64,000 nt of DNA from the human T2T-CHM13v2.0 reference genome, Homo sapiens. The notes below the pieces were generated by a model that saw only the letters and a list, made by a program, of their open reading frames with translations, was not told where the DNA came from and searched no databases. The DNA is taken from assembly GCA_009914755.4 (NCBI GenBank), contig CP068257.2, positions 20,288,001 to 20,352,000 of the forward strand, given 5' to 3'. Positions within the stretch are counted from its first letter, which is position 1; each line of letters begins with the position of its first letter. The position numbers and the translations under genes are program-made. Shown here piece by piece: positions 13,519 through 27,350 of the stretch.

Positions 13519-13878
13519 GTGTCATGGTATGAATGTTTGTTTCCCACCAAATATATATGTTGAAAACTGATTTCCAATGTGATGCTCTTAGGAGATGGGC
13601 TTTTGGGAAGTTAGGTCATTAAGATGGAGCCCTCATGAGTGGGATCAGTGTCCTTATAAAAGAGGCCTCACAGAGAGCTTCCTTGTGCTTCTGTTATTTA
13701 AGAACATGGTGAGAAGACAGCATCTATGAGACAAAAAGTGAGACCTCACCAGACATCAAATCTGTTGCCATCTTGATATTAGACTTCCCAGTCTCCAGAA
13801 TGTGAAAAATAAATTTCTGTTGATTTTAAGCTACTCATTTTATGGTATTTTATTCCAGCAGGCTGAACTGACTAAAGC
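13519..13878 (+). mobile_element. ERVL-MaLR solo LTR (MLT1-like)
   Basis: 'tgtcatggtatgaatgtttgtttcccaccaaatatatatgttgaaaactgatttccaatgtgatgctcttaggagatgggcttttgggaagttaggtcattaagatggagccctcatgagtgggatcagtgtccttataaaagaggcc...cttgatattagacttcccagtctccagaatgtgaaaaataaatttctgttgattttaagctactcattttatggtattttattccagcaggctgaactgactaaagca' matches the MLT1 LTR consensus end to end. Confidence 0.75.
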
Positions 13879-14505
13879 ATTGAATTCTATAAGTCTATAG
13901 GTATACATAAATTAGTGTATTAAGGATGTACAACATATTTTATGTGTCACATTGATAGTAAAATTGAAGGCTTTTTCTGAATAAAGTTTGCTTTAAATTT
14001 GCACTGAGTTCCAGTAAGCTCATACACTACCTATTATATTAGAAATTTGAATTTGTAGCTGAATATTTCCTAAGTTCTTTGATTGAGACTGACACTTGTG
14101 CTTTTACAAAAGATGCAAAAGAATAAAGGATTTATCATATACAAACATCACTGCCTTGTTATTGGCCATCTTTATACGGGACTGAAATAACAAAGCTGGA
14201 TGGAAAAAAATATGAGTCATGATATCATATATGGTTTCTTACACATATTTCAATTCAAGAGGCACAACTAAATTTCAACAAAAACTCCCTGGGTCTTCTG
14301 GGGTAATTCCCATTAATCAAGTAGATTTTAAGAAGCAAGAACCATTTGACTATAGTTTTGATTAGAAAAGTCAGCGTCCTAAGGTTGTAGTCACTAGGAA
14401 TGGGAACATAAGCCTGGACAAAGGCACGAACAGAGCTGCCTTCTTAATGACTTTTCTATTTTGGTTGCTGGGTTTAACTAAATATGAGTTTTTAATGTTT
14501 TCTGG

Positions 14506-14508
<3 letters not shown>

Positions 14509-14548
<40 letters not shown>
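14509..14548. repeat. (TA)n microsatellite, ~20 units
   Basis: Perfect TA run seen directly. Confidence 0.95.
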
Positions 14549-14550
<2 letters not shown>

Positions 14551-14774
14551 CTTTTGATTCTCGATTCTCATTTGCTTCACCTCATATATGATTTTATTCA
14601 ATCACTTTCCTGGCATATCCATTACTTTTCTACTTTTTCAGTCTCTTCCTCTGTGTACTCTCAGCACTTCCTAAAATGCACTTTTTAGTATTTTTCTCTG
14701 TTTTACTCATGCTTCTTTTCTTTCTCACCTTTTGTTCTGAGTTAATTATAATCCCTCAAAGAGATAATTCAACA

Positions 14775-15895
14775 AACTAAAGCCAAAGCTAGCAGAATAA
14801 AATAAATAATATATATGCAAACAGAAGGAAATGAAATTGAGAACAAAAGAACAGTATAAAAGATCAGGATAAAAGATGGTTCTTTGAAAAGATAAACAAA
14901 TTTGACAGACTGCTAGCCAAACTAAGCAAGAAAAAAAGAGCGAAGATCCACATAAACAAAATCAGCAATGAAAAAGGAGACATTACAACTGATACTACAG
15001 AAATATATAGCATCAGCAGAGATCACTATCAACAACCATACACTCAAAAACTAGAAAACCTAGAAGAAAACTGATAAATTCCTGAAAACATTCAACCTCC
15101 CAAGATTGAACCAGGAACAAATAGAAATGCAAGTTAATACCATAAGATATTACCTTATACCAGTCAGAATGTCTAATATTAAATAGGCAAAAAATAACAG
15201 ATGTTGTCAAGGATTTGGAGAAAAGGGAATGCTTTTACACTCTTGATGGGAATTTAAACTAGTATATCCTTTGTAGAAAACAGTATGAAGATTTCTCAAA
15301 TAACTAAAAATAGAATAGATTCAGCAATCTCACTACTGCGTATCTACCTTCCAAAAAATAAATCATTATATTAAAAAACACCTGCACTTTTATGTTTATT
15401 GCAGAACTATTCAGAATAGCAAAAGTATAGAATCAACCTCTGTCTATCAATGGATGATTGGACACAGAAAATGTTTGTACAAGTTCATCGACACTGGATA
15501 AAGAAAATGTGACATATATGCAATGGAATATTATATAGCCATAACAAAAGAATGACACCTTGTCTTTTGCAGCAACATGATTGGAACTGGAGGCCATTAA
15601 CTTAAGTGAAATAACTTAGAAACAGGAAGTCAAACACCACATGTTCTCACTTATAAGTGGAAGCTAAATAATGTGTACAAATATAGAGTGCAAATTAATA
15701 AACATTGGAGACTCAGAAAGGTGGGAGGATAGAAGGCGATAAGGAATGAGAAACTACTTATGCATATAATGTACACTATTTGGGTGATGGTTATCCTAAA
15801 AGCCCAGACTTCACCAGTATGCAATATATCCATTTAATACAACTGTACTTGTATTCCGTATACACATACAAAATTAAAAATATATATATAATACA
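14775..15895 (+). mobile_element. L1 (older L1P-type) fragment, internally deleted, from mid-ORF2 through the 3' UTR
   Basis: 'gatggttctttgaaaagataaacaaatttgacagactgctagccaaactaagcaagaaaaaaagag' corresponds to L1 ORF2 'SWFFEKINKIDRPLARL'. '...gatgaaattgacaaattcctgaaaacattcaacctcccaagattgaaccaggaa' also matches. 3' portion '...gttctcacttataagtggaagctaaataatgtg...ggtgatggttatcctaaaagcccagacttcaccagtatgcaatatatccatttaatacaactgtacttgtattcc...aaattaaaaatatatatata' matches the L1 3' end. Confidence 0.7.
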
Positions 15896-15943
15896 AGTTC
15901 TAAATTCTAACATCTCTGAATATGACCTTATTTTTTAATAGGG

Positions 15944-16066
15944 GGCAGACCTGTAATCCCACTACTTTGAGAGGCCAGAGCAGAAGGATTACTTGAAGCC
16001 AAGAGTTCAACACCAGCCTGGGCAGCAAAGTGAGACCCCATCTCTATTAAAAAAATAAAAAGCAAA
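15944..16066 (+). mobile_element. Free Alu monomer-like element (FLAM/FRAM-type, ~120 bp)
   Basis: 'cctgtaatcccactactttgagaggccagagcagaaggattacttgaagccaagagttcaacaccagcctgggcagcaaagtgagaccccatctctattaaaaaaataaaaag' is a single Alu-arm-like unit with an A-rich tail and no second arm. Confidence 0.6.
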
Positions 16067-19000
16067 TAGGATCTTCACAGATATAATCAAGTTATTCCTT
16101 ATATATACACAGGATTAGAGTGATCCCTAATCTAATGCCTAGTGTCCTTATAAAAAGAGAAAAATTTGCACAGAGAAACTCAAACAGGAGAAGACCATGA
16201 GAGATGGAGGTGGAGATTGTAATGATGTGTCTACAAACCAACAAATACAAAGGGTTGCTGGTGATCACTAGAATCTAGGAAGAGGCAAAGAAGTTTCCTT
16301 TCTTAGAGACTTCAAAGAAAGCTTTGACTTGCCGAGACCTTGATTTCAGACTTTTCGCCTTTTAAGAGTGAGGGGATAAATTTATACTGTTTTAAGCAAG
16401 ATAATTTGTGATATTTTGTCACAGCAGCCCTAGGAACTGATACACCTGCCAAAACAAACATGTTTATAAAGTTTTGACTATTTTTTGCAATTATGTTAAA
16501 TGAACTACACTGTGAAATAGACAAAATTAATATTACTGTACTACTTCTTCTTATTTGACTTTTTATAGAAGAAAATTATATCTACTCTAAGGGACATAGA
16601 CATCCCCAAATATGTTGAGATGAATATTATTCCTATTTGTGAAGTTTGATATTGATAATAAGAACAATGTCAGACATGTATTTGCCAACTGAGTGCAACT
16701 TTTGCTCAATCATATGTATATATGTTTAGAGGCTATTATTCCTTAATATTATCCTCACTCAGTCTTTACCTAATTCATGGTGTAATGCCCAGCTTTTTTT
16801 CCATATGCTTAGCAGGACAATCACTGTTGAGGGACTGATTTTTTCCTCTGCTTTTGCACTACATATCTAAACTGGCTAGTTTTATTTCTGCTACCAGGCT
16901 TGTGGTTACACCTTTTTACATATGACTACATTTTACCTAAAATTAAAATAAATTTTAATAGAGAATGAAAAATTTCTTCCTAATAGTGAGCTTTGTTTAC
17001 TTGCAGATTGTGAAGAGTTTTAGCAAGTTATATTGGGTTTGAATTTTAATCCTTAATACAATTTATCTCCTGCTGTAATAGACACTTTGCTCTGAGGTTA
17101 TTTTTGGGTTCACAAGGGAATACAGACAGAGGACTGGGTCAAGGATAGTAGTGACAGAATTTTATCAGTTATCCTGAACTTGGAGGAAGGTAGACACTAG
17201 GCGTCTCCTAATATAGCAGAATGAAAGTGGCCAGGGAAACTTCTGGATCTTGGGATGGTTTGAGCAAAGATTTTACCCCTATTTGTGAGGAGTGACCTGA
17301 AGTGTTTGCTCAATGAGGTGTGACCATTAGCTCCAATACAGAATGGAAGTCCACTCTCTTCATCTGATTTTGGAGTGAAAAGTTTTTTTCTACTCAAAGA
17401 CCCCAACTTAACTGATCAGGTATATCTGGTTTTAGAGCTAAAATCACCTCAGCATGCTAGTTCACTGTTCTTTTTTATATTTTGAGTAATTCTGAAATTG
17501 TTGTCTTTATATCCTATAAATGAATATGCAAATGTCTAATTTTTACATTTAACTGAACATATTTATAAATCATATTAACAATGCTCCACAATTCATTCAT
17601 TTTAATATTATAATTGACAATCATATTTAACATTAAATATAATGTTAAATTTCTCCATACTTTGGTAATTATCTTGGCAGAAGGAAAAAAACTTAGGCAA
17701 AAATACATTCTTACAACTTTGGATATATCACCATATTCAAATGCTTTGTAGATGGGTTATGTTTAATTCTGAGGAAGATTATTTTGATGAGGAGAAAATG
17801 TCCAAATGAACTTTTCAGGATCCTAAGTTTTCTGTAATTCAATTATTTTAAATCAAGAAAATATTCTGTTTACTGAAGAAAAGTTTAAATAAAAGCAGAT
17901 TAGGTGTTGTGGCATACATTAAAGTAGATAAGATTAAAATATGTTTTTTCCTTTAATAACCAAAACCAATAGTGTCTGTTTCTCATGTTAGTGATCCTTC
18001 ATTCAATGAGAAAGAAGTATGCAGATATTTAAAATATTTAAATGTTTTCTGAATTATAATTTGGGAGAGATGACAAAAAGTTACATCCAGCATTGCATAC
18101 AGTAAATATTCTAAAAATGTTTTAAAAAACGTAGACTTTAAACTCTTTGACAGATAATAGTAAGTCCTAAAATTGGCGAATGTCCTATTCTCCACCTTCT
18201 GCATCACAATTGTGTTAACTTATGGTTCCTTGTTTTCATTTTTGGTTTTGATGTGTTTATGAATAGGAGAATGAATATTCAATATGAAGTTTATAACTTG
18301 AGCAATTATGTTCTCTAGACTCTATTTCTGATTTTTACAGTGTATGTTAAATATTTCAATTACTGAGTCAAATATCCTAAGCTTTCTCAAAGATGTTAAA
18401 ATATAACAACAAAAGCAAACAACAACAAAACTGAGCTATCTTGGATGTCAAAGGCATATGGCATATTTTTTATCAAGGAGGAAGAATATTGTGCTTTTAA
18501 ATTATTATAATACTACACATTGCTAGTGGTGAATTTTGAGCTTTTGCAAATAGGAGAAAATATTTTTATATTTACTAGATTTAGGATATGCTACCCAAAA
18601 ATATAATACTTTGGCATATTGGATATTGTAAGCTGAATAAATTTGAGAAATGGCAAGTGCAGGAAGAATTTTCCTACCTTGCACTGAAGCAGATCATAAG
18701 ATCCTCATGTGAGAAATGTCCTCTTTACACCATGGGAAAGAAGTGACCTTATCTGTGAAGGTGGAAGGACACCAAGAAGAATCTGAATGAACAGGTATTG
18801 TCAAGTTTCCACTAGTTTACTACACTTAGCTCAAATCCTGTTGTCTTCTTATGTTTTCCCATGATTCCACTTTTCATCAAACTTGGTATACAAACACTCA
18901 GTTTGACAGTTCATTTTGGTCTCCATTTCCTCATCAAGGCCCCCATGTCATGTAAAATTTGTATTAAAAAATTTTTTATGATTTTCTATTGATAATATGT

Positions 19001-19144
19001 ATTTTGTTACTGGGGCTTCAGCTGAGAACCTAAAAGGATAGAAAGAAAATATTTTTCCTCCTCTATAATATTTTCCAAATTTTTCTCTAATCAATTTTTC
19101 TTGACTGAAGATTGTAATTTGGTGACAAAAAGAATGGCCTTGGT

Positions 19145-19515
19145 AGTATATACAGCCATGCGTCGCTTAATGATGGGGATGGGTTCTGAGAAATAAGTAG
19201 TTTTGGTGATTTTGTCATTGTGCAAGCATCACAGAATGTACTTACACAACCTAGATAGTGTAGCCTACTACATACCTAGATTATAAGGCATAGCCTATTG
19301 CTCCTGGGCTACAAACCTCAACAAGATGTTATTGTAGTGAATATTGTAGACAATTGTAACATAATGGTAAGTATTTGTGCATCTAAGTGTAGAAAAGGCA
19401 CAATAAAAATACTGCATTACACTGTCATATGCCATCCATTGTTGACCTGAAACATCATCATTACATGGTACGGGATTGTATATATTTCCCAAAATAGTTA
19501 TACTATATGTCATAA
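19145..19515 (+). mobile_element. Interspersed repeat resembling a known human non-autonomous DNA-transposon (MER-type) consensus, family not assigned
   Basis: 'ccatgcgtcgcttaatgatggggatgggttctgagaaataagtagttttggtgattttgtcattgtgcaagcatcacagaatgtacttacacaacctagatagtgtagcctactacatacctagattataaggcatagcctattgctcctgggctacaaacct...aattgtaacataatggtaagtatttgtgcatctaagtgtagaaaaggcacaataaaaatac' closely resembles a frequently encountered human interspersed-repeat consensus. Confidence 0.45.
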
Positions 19516-19786
19516 TAAATTCTGATTATTAGTGTTTTTAAAATGTAAATCTGATAAAAATATTTCCTGAGAACATACAATGTGACAGGCATGGCTCTAC
19601 GTATTTGGGACTTAACACTGAAGAGAAAACAAAGGTCCTGACCTTGAGGAATTCTGGAAGATGAAAGAGTCCATAACTATGCATATAAGTATGTGGCACA
19701 CAGAAGGATGAAGAGAGTGATAGGGAAAGGGGTGGGGAGGTAAAGGAGAAGTTCTTTGGCCCTAGAAAGAATGGTTGGCATGTAGT

Positions 19787-19837
19787 GGGTGGTGGTGGTG
19801 GTGGTGGTGGTGGTTGTGGGGTGTGTGTGTGTGTGTA
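19787..19837. repeat. Compound (GGT)n(GT)n microsatellite
   Basis: 'ggtggtggtggtggtggtggtggtggttgtggggtgtgtgtgtgtgtgtatg'. Produces the poly-proline pseudo-ORF on the minus strand (19538-19867). Confidence 0.9.
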
Positions 19838-21691
19838 TGCATGTTGGGGAGAGATGGTAGAGCTCATTGGGTGGGTAAGATTTGAATCAAGATCTGAATA
19901 AAGTTAGAAATTCAGTTTTTGGAGGCAGAACAGCTGGAACAAAGCTCTTATGTAGAGAAGTTGACTATCATATCTGAGGAATAGCAGGAAGGTCACGGTG
20001 ACCAAAATCGAGCGTGCAAGGGTGGGATTATAACAGATAAAGTCAAAGAGGTAACAGGTGGGCTATTGTAGAGAACTGACGATCATAATGAGGACTTTGG
20101 CTATTTACTGTGATTGAAATAAGGAGCATTTACAAACTTTTGAACCGGTTTACATTCAAAAAATTCTCACTCTAGCTGCTATAATGGAGAATAGAGTTTA
20201 GGAGGACAAGCGTAAATAATGGAAGACATGTTAGGAAACTACTGCAGATATCAAGGTAAAAGAGTACTGTGGCTTGGGGATACGGGCCATCAGAGATAGA
20301 AATGGTCAGAAACTAAGAACTGCGCCAGCATGATTCCCTAATGCAGAAATTTCTTAACTCCATATAGATGCAGCTTTAAAGCATAAAACAGGACGCTAAA
20401 ATAATTAAAGTAACACACTGAAATATTTATTAAGTAACAAATTGCTATTATTTGATTAGTGTCCATATATTTCTATTTAAAATACTAAGTAAAAATTCCT
20501 TTTAAATAAATATAAAAATCTGTATATGTAAAACTAAAATTAAAAAATATGTATATTGATTAACTGAACATTGAAACATAATATAAGCAAAATAATTATT
20601 CTTCATCCATTTCTATATATCGTAATCAGTTTTTAACTATATTTTTTCTATAATGTTATGTCTTCTGTGTTTCTTAAAGCATATTTTTAAAAATTATTGT
20701 GTATTTTTTATTTTATTTTTCTATAATTTCCTGTAATCAGGTTTAAATAATTATTCTTATCTTCTAATAATTTTATCTTCAGTCCTGACATTCTGCATTT
20801 TTATGGTTAATACGTTTAAAATCATTGCATGTAATTGATTCTACTCTCTATAACAAAACAAATTTCACTGAGAAATCATTCTGTAGAGACTTTGAGAGAC
20901 CCGATAAACTAAGAGAAAATGCTGCCAGAGGATATTCCCTGTTCTACTTTTTTCATTTTACAACATTAATATTTCCATCAAAATATTGTTATATAGGCTA
21001 TCTTGCCATTACTGATACTATCATTTTCCAAGAAAGTTTTTCAAGTTAAAGCTTATCAAATAATCTCTATTATTTGAATATATTACAAAAAAAGGTATTA
21101 AAATTATTGTCGATTTTATTTTCTCCCAAACAGTACATAAATTAATCCAGATAAAAAAATAGAAGCTCTAGACAAAGATTCTTGCCACAAATATATTATC
21201 TTTTAGTTTGTTTTTATAGTTCCAGTTTTCTTGTTTGCAATCCCTTTTTATAGTGACTGAATTATTCTAACAGTTTTGAAAGTGGAAATTTTGTGACATT
21301 GCAGTTAGTGAACACTTTGATTAAAGATGTACAACTAATTTAGAAAAATAAAATGAAATTTAAATTAAAGGACTCATTTGCAATAATACTCAAAACCATT
21401 AGTGGGACATTTGGGTTGATTTTAAAGTAATTCTTCAGATTTTCTAATGTCTGCTTTTTAATGAACATCAAAGAAAGAAAGCTATTTGCAATGCTGAAGA
21501 CTATTTTGCATTTAATATCAGCGTTATCAAAATATTGTGGCTCAGTACCACGAATGTCTATTTTTTTTAATTATATGCACTTTGACAAGCACAGCTTTTA
21601 TTTTAATTGGCAAAATATTGATGCGTGCTTGGGCACAATATAAGTTAGGTGTCCATCATCCTCAATTTTAAGTTCAATTTTCTTGCACTGA

Positions 21692-22024
<333 letters not shown>

Positions 22025-22569
22025 CTTGCATTGATTTCTTACTCTAGTATTTGTACTATTAATTCAAGAACTAATAATTTTATCTTCAATCCTGAAATTA
22101 TAAAATTGTTTACAATTTACAATAACATTCAACATGTCAGATGGTTCATCTTTGATAGAATAAATTCTAAACTTGTACTTTCACTCACTTAATTGAATTT
22201 AAAAATATCAATCTATTATTGGAGTTTACTTAATCGATTTCCTATTTGAAGCACTTTATAATGCTGAAGAAGTCTTCATTTTACTGTTTGGAAGTTCTGC
22301 TAAAGAAGCTACCATATTAGGAGGTATTGGTTCATTTCTTCATGCACAAGAGAATATTAGAATTAAATAATGATATAATTAATTTAGAAGATTTGTAATT
22401 TGATCTAAATAAAAATTCTTGCTTCACAAGATGATATGCAAACGTATCTCCATGGCTAGAATTTCTTTCTATTGTCCCTTGTGGGCATAAACTTTTTTAA
22501 AATACCGACTTTAAAGTAGAAACGGGATAGACATCCATTTTTTTTTTCTGCTTTTATGTGGTTAATAGT

Positions 22570-22950
22570 ACCAGTATAGGGCCGGGCTCAGTGGCTCACA
22601 CCCGTAATCCCAGCACTTTAGGAGGCTGAGGTGGGCGGATCACGAGGTCAGGAGATCGAGACCATCCTGGCTAACACGGTGAAACCCTGTCTCTACTAAA
22701 AATACAAAAAATTAGCCAGGCGTGGTGGTGAGCGCCTGTAGTCCCAGCTACTCTGGAGGCTGAGGCAAGAGAATGGCATGAACCCGGGAGATGGGGTCAT
22801 CGAGACCATCCTGGCTAACACAGTGAAACCCATCTCTACTAAAAATACAAAAAATTAGCCAGGCGTGGTGGTGAGCGCCTGTAGTACCAGCTACTCTGGA
22901 GGCTGAGGCAAGAGAATGGCATGAACCCGGGAGATGGGGTCACGCCAGAG
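22570..22950 (+). mobile_element. AluY-like element carrying an internal ~144-bp tandem duplication and truncated at its 3' end (no poly-A)
   Basis: Starts 'ggccgggctcagtggctcacacccgtaatcccagcactttaggaggctgaggtgggcggatcacgaggtcaggagatcgagaccatcctggctaacacggtgaaaccc' (AluY-diagnostic). The segment 'cgagaccatcctggctaacac...gcatgaacccgggagatggggtca' occurs twice in tandem (22657-22800 and 22801-22944, ~97% identical). The element then ends at '...cgccagagcttggacgtg' without the normal right-arm terminus or A-tail. Confidence 0.85.
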
Positions 22951-23975
22951 CTTGGACGTGTTTTGCTATTTGTGAGTGAGAGCTGCTTGTTTTTCCAGTG
23001 AGCATCATGCATGGTATGCTTGAATGAGAAGTGTTAGTTACTTTAAATTTGGAAAACTTTGAAAAAAGAGAGATGCATATCACTACACAGATTTCAGGTA
23101 TAATACATGTTCAATTGATAAGTCTATTCATTGCACATACATCTCGATCACTGATAAAGAAGATCTGGAAGAACTTGTAGTTCAACAAAACCCAGCGTGA
23201 CTAATTTTAACACAACTATTAGGAAGCTGATTTCATTAAAAATGAAAAATCTTACTCAGTAGCTAAATTGGAAAAGACATTGGGAAAACATGGATAAACC
23301 TAGCATGCCCCAGGCAAAACAGTTTGTATGGTCACACTAGGAATAAAAGGAAAAAAAAAGTCAAATTTTACTGTCTATATTTAAAATAAAATTAAAAGAA
23401 AAAAACTGAAGTCAATGGGCTCTAAGAATAAAGCTAGACCATGATTCCATCAAAAAGTCTTTGTTGATTAACTCACTTGAGAGATCAACAATACTGAAAC
23501 CAAGTAGCCTCACATCTGTGAGGCAAAGATAGAGACGAAGATGCTGGATGTCCTCTGGCCAAGAACATTGAGCACTTTGAATCTGTATTTTTAGTGGAGT
23601 TATAAAATAGATTTTCATGATTTCTTACACAATGGGAGGAAAAAACAAAAACAAAAGACCCAGAACAAAGAATCTGATAGGCAGCAGATGTCCTGAGAAA
23701 CATCCACAAGGCAGATGGCAGCAATGTGTCAATAACAAACAGACCTATGGGATAGAAACAGCATGACAAATATCATATGGAAGAATTTACTTAACTATTT
23801 CACATTTTCTTTAAAAAAAGTCATGACTTATGATTACCTAGATAGCATACAGATATAATAACCTGTAGGGGAAGAAGGAAGAGAGAGATAAAGACCATTG
23901 GGAGGAATACAGAAATAAAAATCTATATTGGATGCTGTACTGGTCAGCATACACATGACCAGCTTTAGAATTTGA

Positions 23976-24317
<342 letters not shown>

Positions 24318-26656
24318 AGAGGTGGAATTTCTATATGTTATTCAATGTTATAAAAACTTTTATTGTCAAACATATTTTAAATATATTTTAAGATGTATAT
24401 CCCCTTTCACTTGTTAACAAAATACATTGCCTATAAATATATGGCCCATGCCTCTACAATATAACCTCCTTTCCCCACCTTTCCCACAAAGGTGAAGAAT
24501 CTCAGTATCTTCTGAATTTCATTTTTAAAATGTCCTGTCTTGAAAAGTGAGATTTAGAATGAGGAATCTATTTTCTGACTTACAAGTTCAGAAGGTCATC
24601 CACTAAAATAGTTTGAAAAAAAATCCACCTGCTTGAAAGAATAAGCCATATCAGTTTAAATATTGAAACCTGATTAGATCATGAATAGCCGGGCAATAGA
24701 ACTCAGTGACAAGACAAGGGAGAATGTTTAGAAAATGGATTCACCATTTATCCTTACACATAGCATACATGAAACATTTTATTTGCCTTGAAACAAATAT
24801 ATTTGCCTTTTAAATTGTTTCACCAGTTTTCGTGTAGACACATCAGAAATGTTATAATTATTTAATAATCATAAGTTCCCTTTTTAATTTTAAAACCTTT
24901 TATATATTTCAGTTATAACACCATTGCAATTATTTAATGTTTTAACTTTATCCAAAATGCCAATAACTTCACTGTATAAAACTATGAAAGAGCATGATAT
25001 CCACATTGTAAATGGAACATTGGCATTTTGTATTAAAATGTTACCACACAAGTTGTATAAATACTAAATTGCTCAGGACAAAGACTAAATCCTCACTGTA
25101 TTTTGGCAAGTGGCAATGAACTGATCATTCATCGGGACTTGCTTTCTTCAAATACTAAGATTGACTACTACAGAAAATATGATGGGCTAATTTTCAAGCC
25201 AACTGCCTAAAATGTACAATTTATTGAAAAGAAAACGTGACTTTTTTGCATTTCTTCTTTAGCTATCTTCATTACCTTTATTTTAAAGAAAGCATATTAA
25301 AAGAGCAGGATGATTACATGGTTCTATGCATTGTATAACTTGTTGGAAACCTTAATTTACTGACATAGAATTAAGTTTGTGCTGTATTTACAGATAAAAA
25401 CTACTAGCATAAATTTATATTTTCAATAGCTTTTAAAATTTGGCTATTTGCTTGAATAGTTTATAGGACTGGTCTACATTTTATTATATAATAATAAAAT
25501 ATTTAATAACATTTATCAATAAGTCACATGATATTCTAATAAGATACTCTGAGAAGTAGTGTCAATATTATTTGAAAAATATATTGTATGACAATATTTC
25601 AGCTAAATATAAAATTTTATTTACATAATGATTAATATTAAAAAATAAACAGGTCTCATAACAGGAATTTCTGTCGAATAGGATTTATCTTCCTTTGAAA
25701 GGTCCAAGCATTATTTGGAAGTTTAAACAAAATAGAACTTCATTTTTATAAAGTGGGCAAGGTACCTCGTTTACAGTTTTAAAAAATCAAGATTTTAAAA
25801 TATAGATGAGAACTAACAGTTCTGTGAGCATAAGGACAGTGCTGGATATCAGTTATTATTTTCATTTTATTGTATTAGTATGAACTTGGTTTGGCCTTGA
25901 CTAACGGAGACTTAATAGTGACTTCAATAAAATTAAAGCTTATTTCTGTCATAAGCAGCATCCAGGTGTGGTGTGTCACTTCCATGAATAACAGGGTCTC
26001 TGGCTCCCATTTTCTTTCTGATGTGCCATCCACAGAATGCAGCTTCCACCTCGTGATGCAATATGTTTGTTCTTACTGAAGCTGTAATTTCAGCATTCCA
26101 ACTAACAGGAGGGAGGAAAAGCCTATACCCTCTCTCTTTTTCAGACACTTCATAGAATTTATATTAAGTGATTTATGTGTCTCCCAAACCACAAATAAGT
26201 CCAAGGCCACACAGCTAGCTTTGAGAAAGGCTGGGTAACGTAATTTATTTTGGTACCCAGGTGTGAAACAAAAATCAAAAGTTTTTACAATATTGGAAAT
26301 ATTGGAAACAGAAGTACTTAAAAATCAAGTAATTTTTTAGACAATTTCTAAAGCCTAAAATAATGATACTAATAGAAATGTGTATATAGATATTAAACTC
26401 ATACATTGAATCGACCAAATTTGGTTTAATTTACATTCTTAATATTCTCTGTAATCTTTTTCTTATATGATTTGAATTGAATTAAAAAAATAGTTTTCAC
26501 ATGAATTTAATGTTTAACCAAAGTTTCAGTCTATTTTCCCTTGATTTATATTTGTCTTGAAGTTGTTTATAAAATTAAATCATTAATACTTCAGAATAGG
26601 TCAATCTTTACTCATAAAATGTTTCATCTAGTACAGTGTGGTGATTCAGGAAATAA

Positions 26657-26940
26657 GCTAGGTGCCGTGGCTCATGCCTGTAATCACAGCATTTTGGGAG
26701 GCCAAGATGGGAGAATTGCTTGAGGCAGCATTTCAAGACCAGCCTTGACAATATAGCAAAATCCTGTCTCTACAATTTTTTTTAGAAAAATTAACTAGGT
26801 GAGGTGGCAAGAACCTGTGGTGCCACCTGCTCAGAAGGCTGAGGGAGGAAGATCACCTGAGCCCAGAAGTTTGAGGCTGCAGTGGACTATTATCATGCTA
26901 CTGCACTGCAACCTGGGCAACAGAGTGAGACCCTGTTTCT
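26657..26940 (+). mobile_element. Older Alu SINE (AluJ/S-like), its A-tail split by an L1 insertion
   Basis: 'ggtgccgtggctcatgcctgtaatcacagcattttgggaggccaagatgggagaattgcttgaggcagcatttcaagaccagccttgacaatatagcaaaatcctgtctctac...ctgcactgcaacctgggcaacagagtgagaccctgtttct'. The A-rich tail resumes after the L1 at 27365 ('aaacaaacagacaaa'). Confidence 0.9.
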
Positions 26941-27350
26941 TTCTTTTTTTTTTTTTACATAAGTATCTTTTTTAAAAAAAAATTTATTATTATTATACTT
27001 TAAGTTTTAGGGTACATGTGCACAATGTGCAGGTTTGTTACATATGTATACATGTGCCATGTTGGTGTGCTGCACCCATTAACTCGTCATTTAGTATTAG
27101 GTATATCTCCTAATGCTATCCCTCCCCCATCCCCCCACTCCACAACAGTCCCCTGTGTGTGATGTTCCCCTTCCTGTGTCCATGTGTTCTCATTGTTCAA
27201 ATCCCACCTATGAGTGAGAACATGCAGTGTTTGGTTTTTTGTCCTTGCGATAGTTTGCTGAGAACGGTGGTTTCCAGTTTCATCCATGTCCCTACAAAGG
27301 ACATGAACTCATTCATTTTTTATGGCTGCATAGTATTCCATGGTGTATAT
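26941..27350 (-). mobile_element. Young L1 (L1PA-type) 5'-truncated 3' fragment (~375 bp + tail), inserted into the Alu tail, with perfect 14-bp TSD
   Basis: Reverse complement of the L1 3' end: 'tatactttaagttttagggtacatgtgcacaatgtgcaggtttgttacatatgtatacatgtgccatgttggtgtgctgcacccattaactcgtcatttagtattaggtatatctcctaatgctatccctcccccatccccccac...tatgagtgagaacatgcagtgtttggttttttgtccttgcgatagtttgctgagaa...catgaactcattcattttttatggctgcatagtattccatggtgtatat'. T-rich tail at left. Direct repeats 'gagaccctgtttct' at 26927-26940 and 27351-27364. Confidence 0.92.

Noticed and set aside
18640-18790. '...gaatgaacag|gtattgtcaag' and similar splice-site-like strings
   Set aside because: Isolated consensus-like di- and hexanucleotides are expected by chance in 64 kb. 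No accompanying ORF, polypyrimidine/branch context or conservation evidence is available.
19538-19867. 109-aa minus-strand ORF with a poly-proline run
   Set aside because: Artefact of reading through the (GGT)n(GT)n microsatellite. No coding support.
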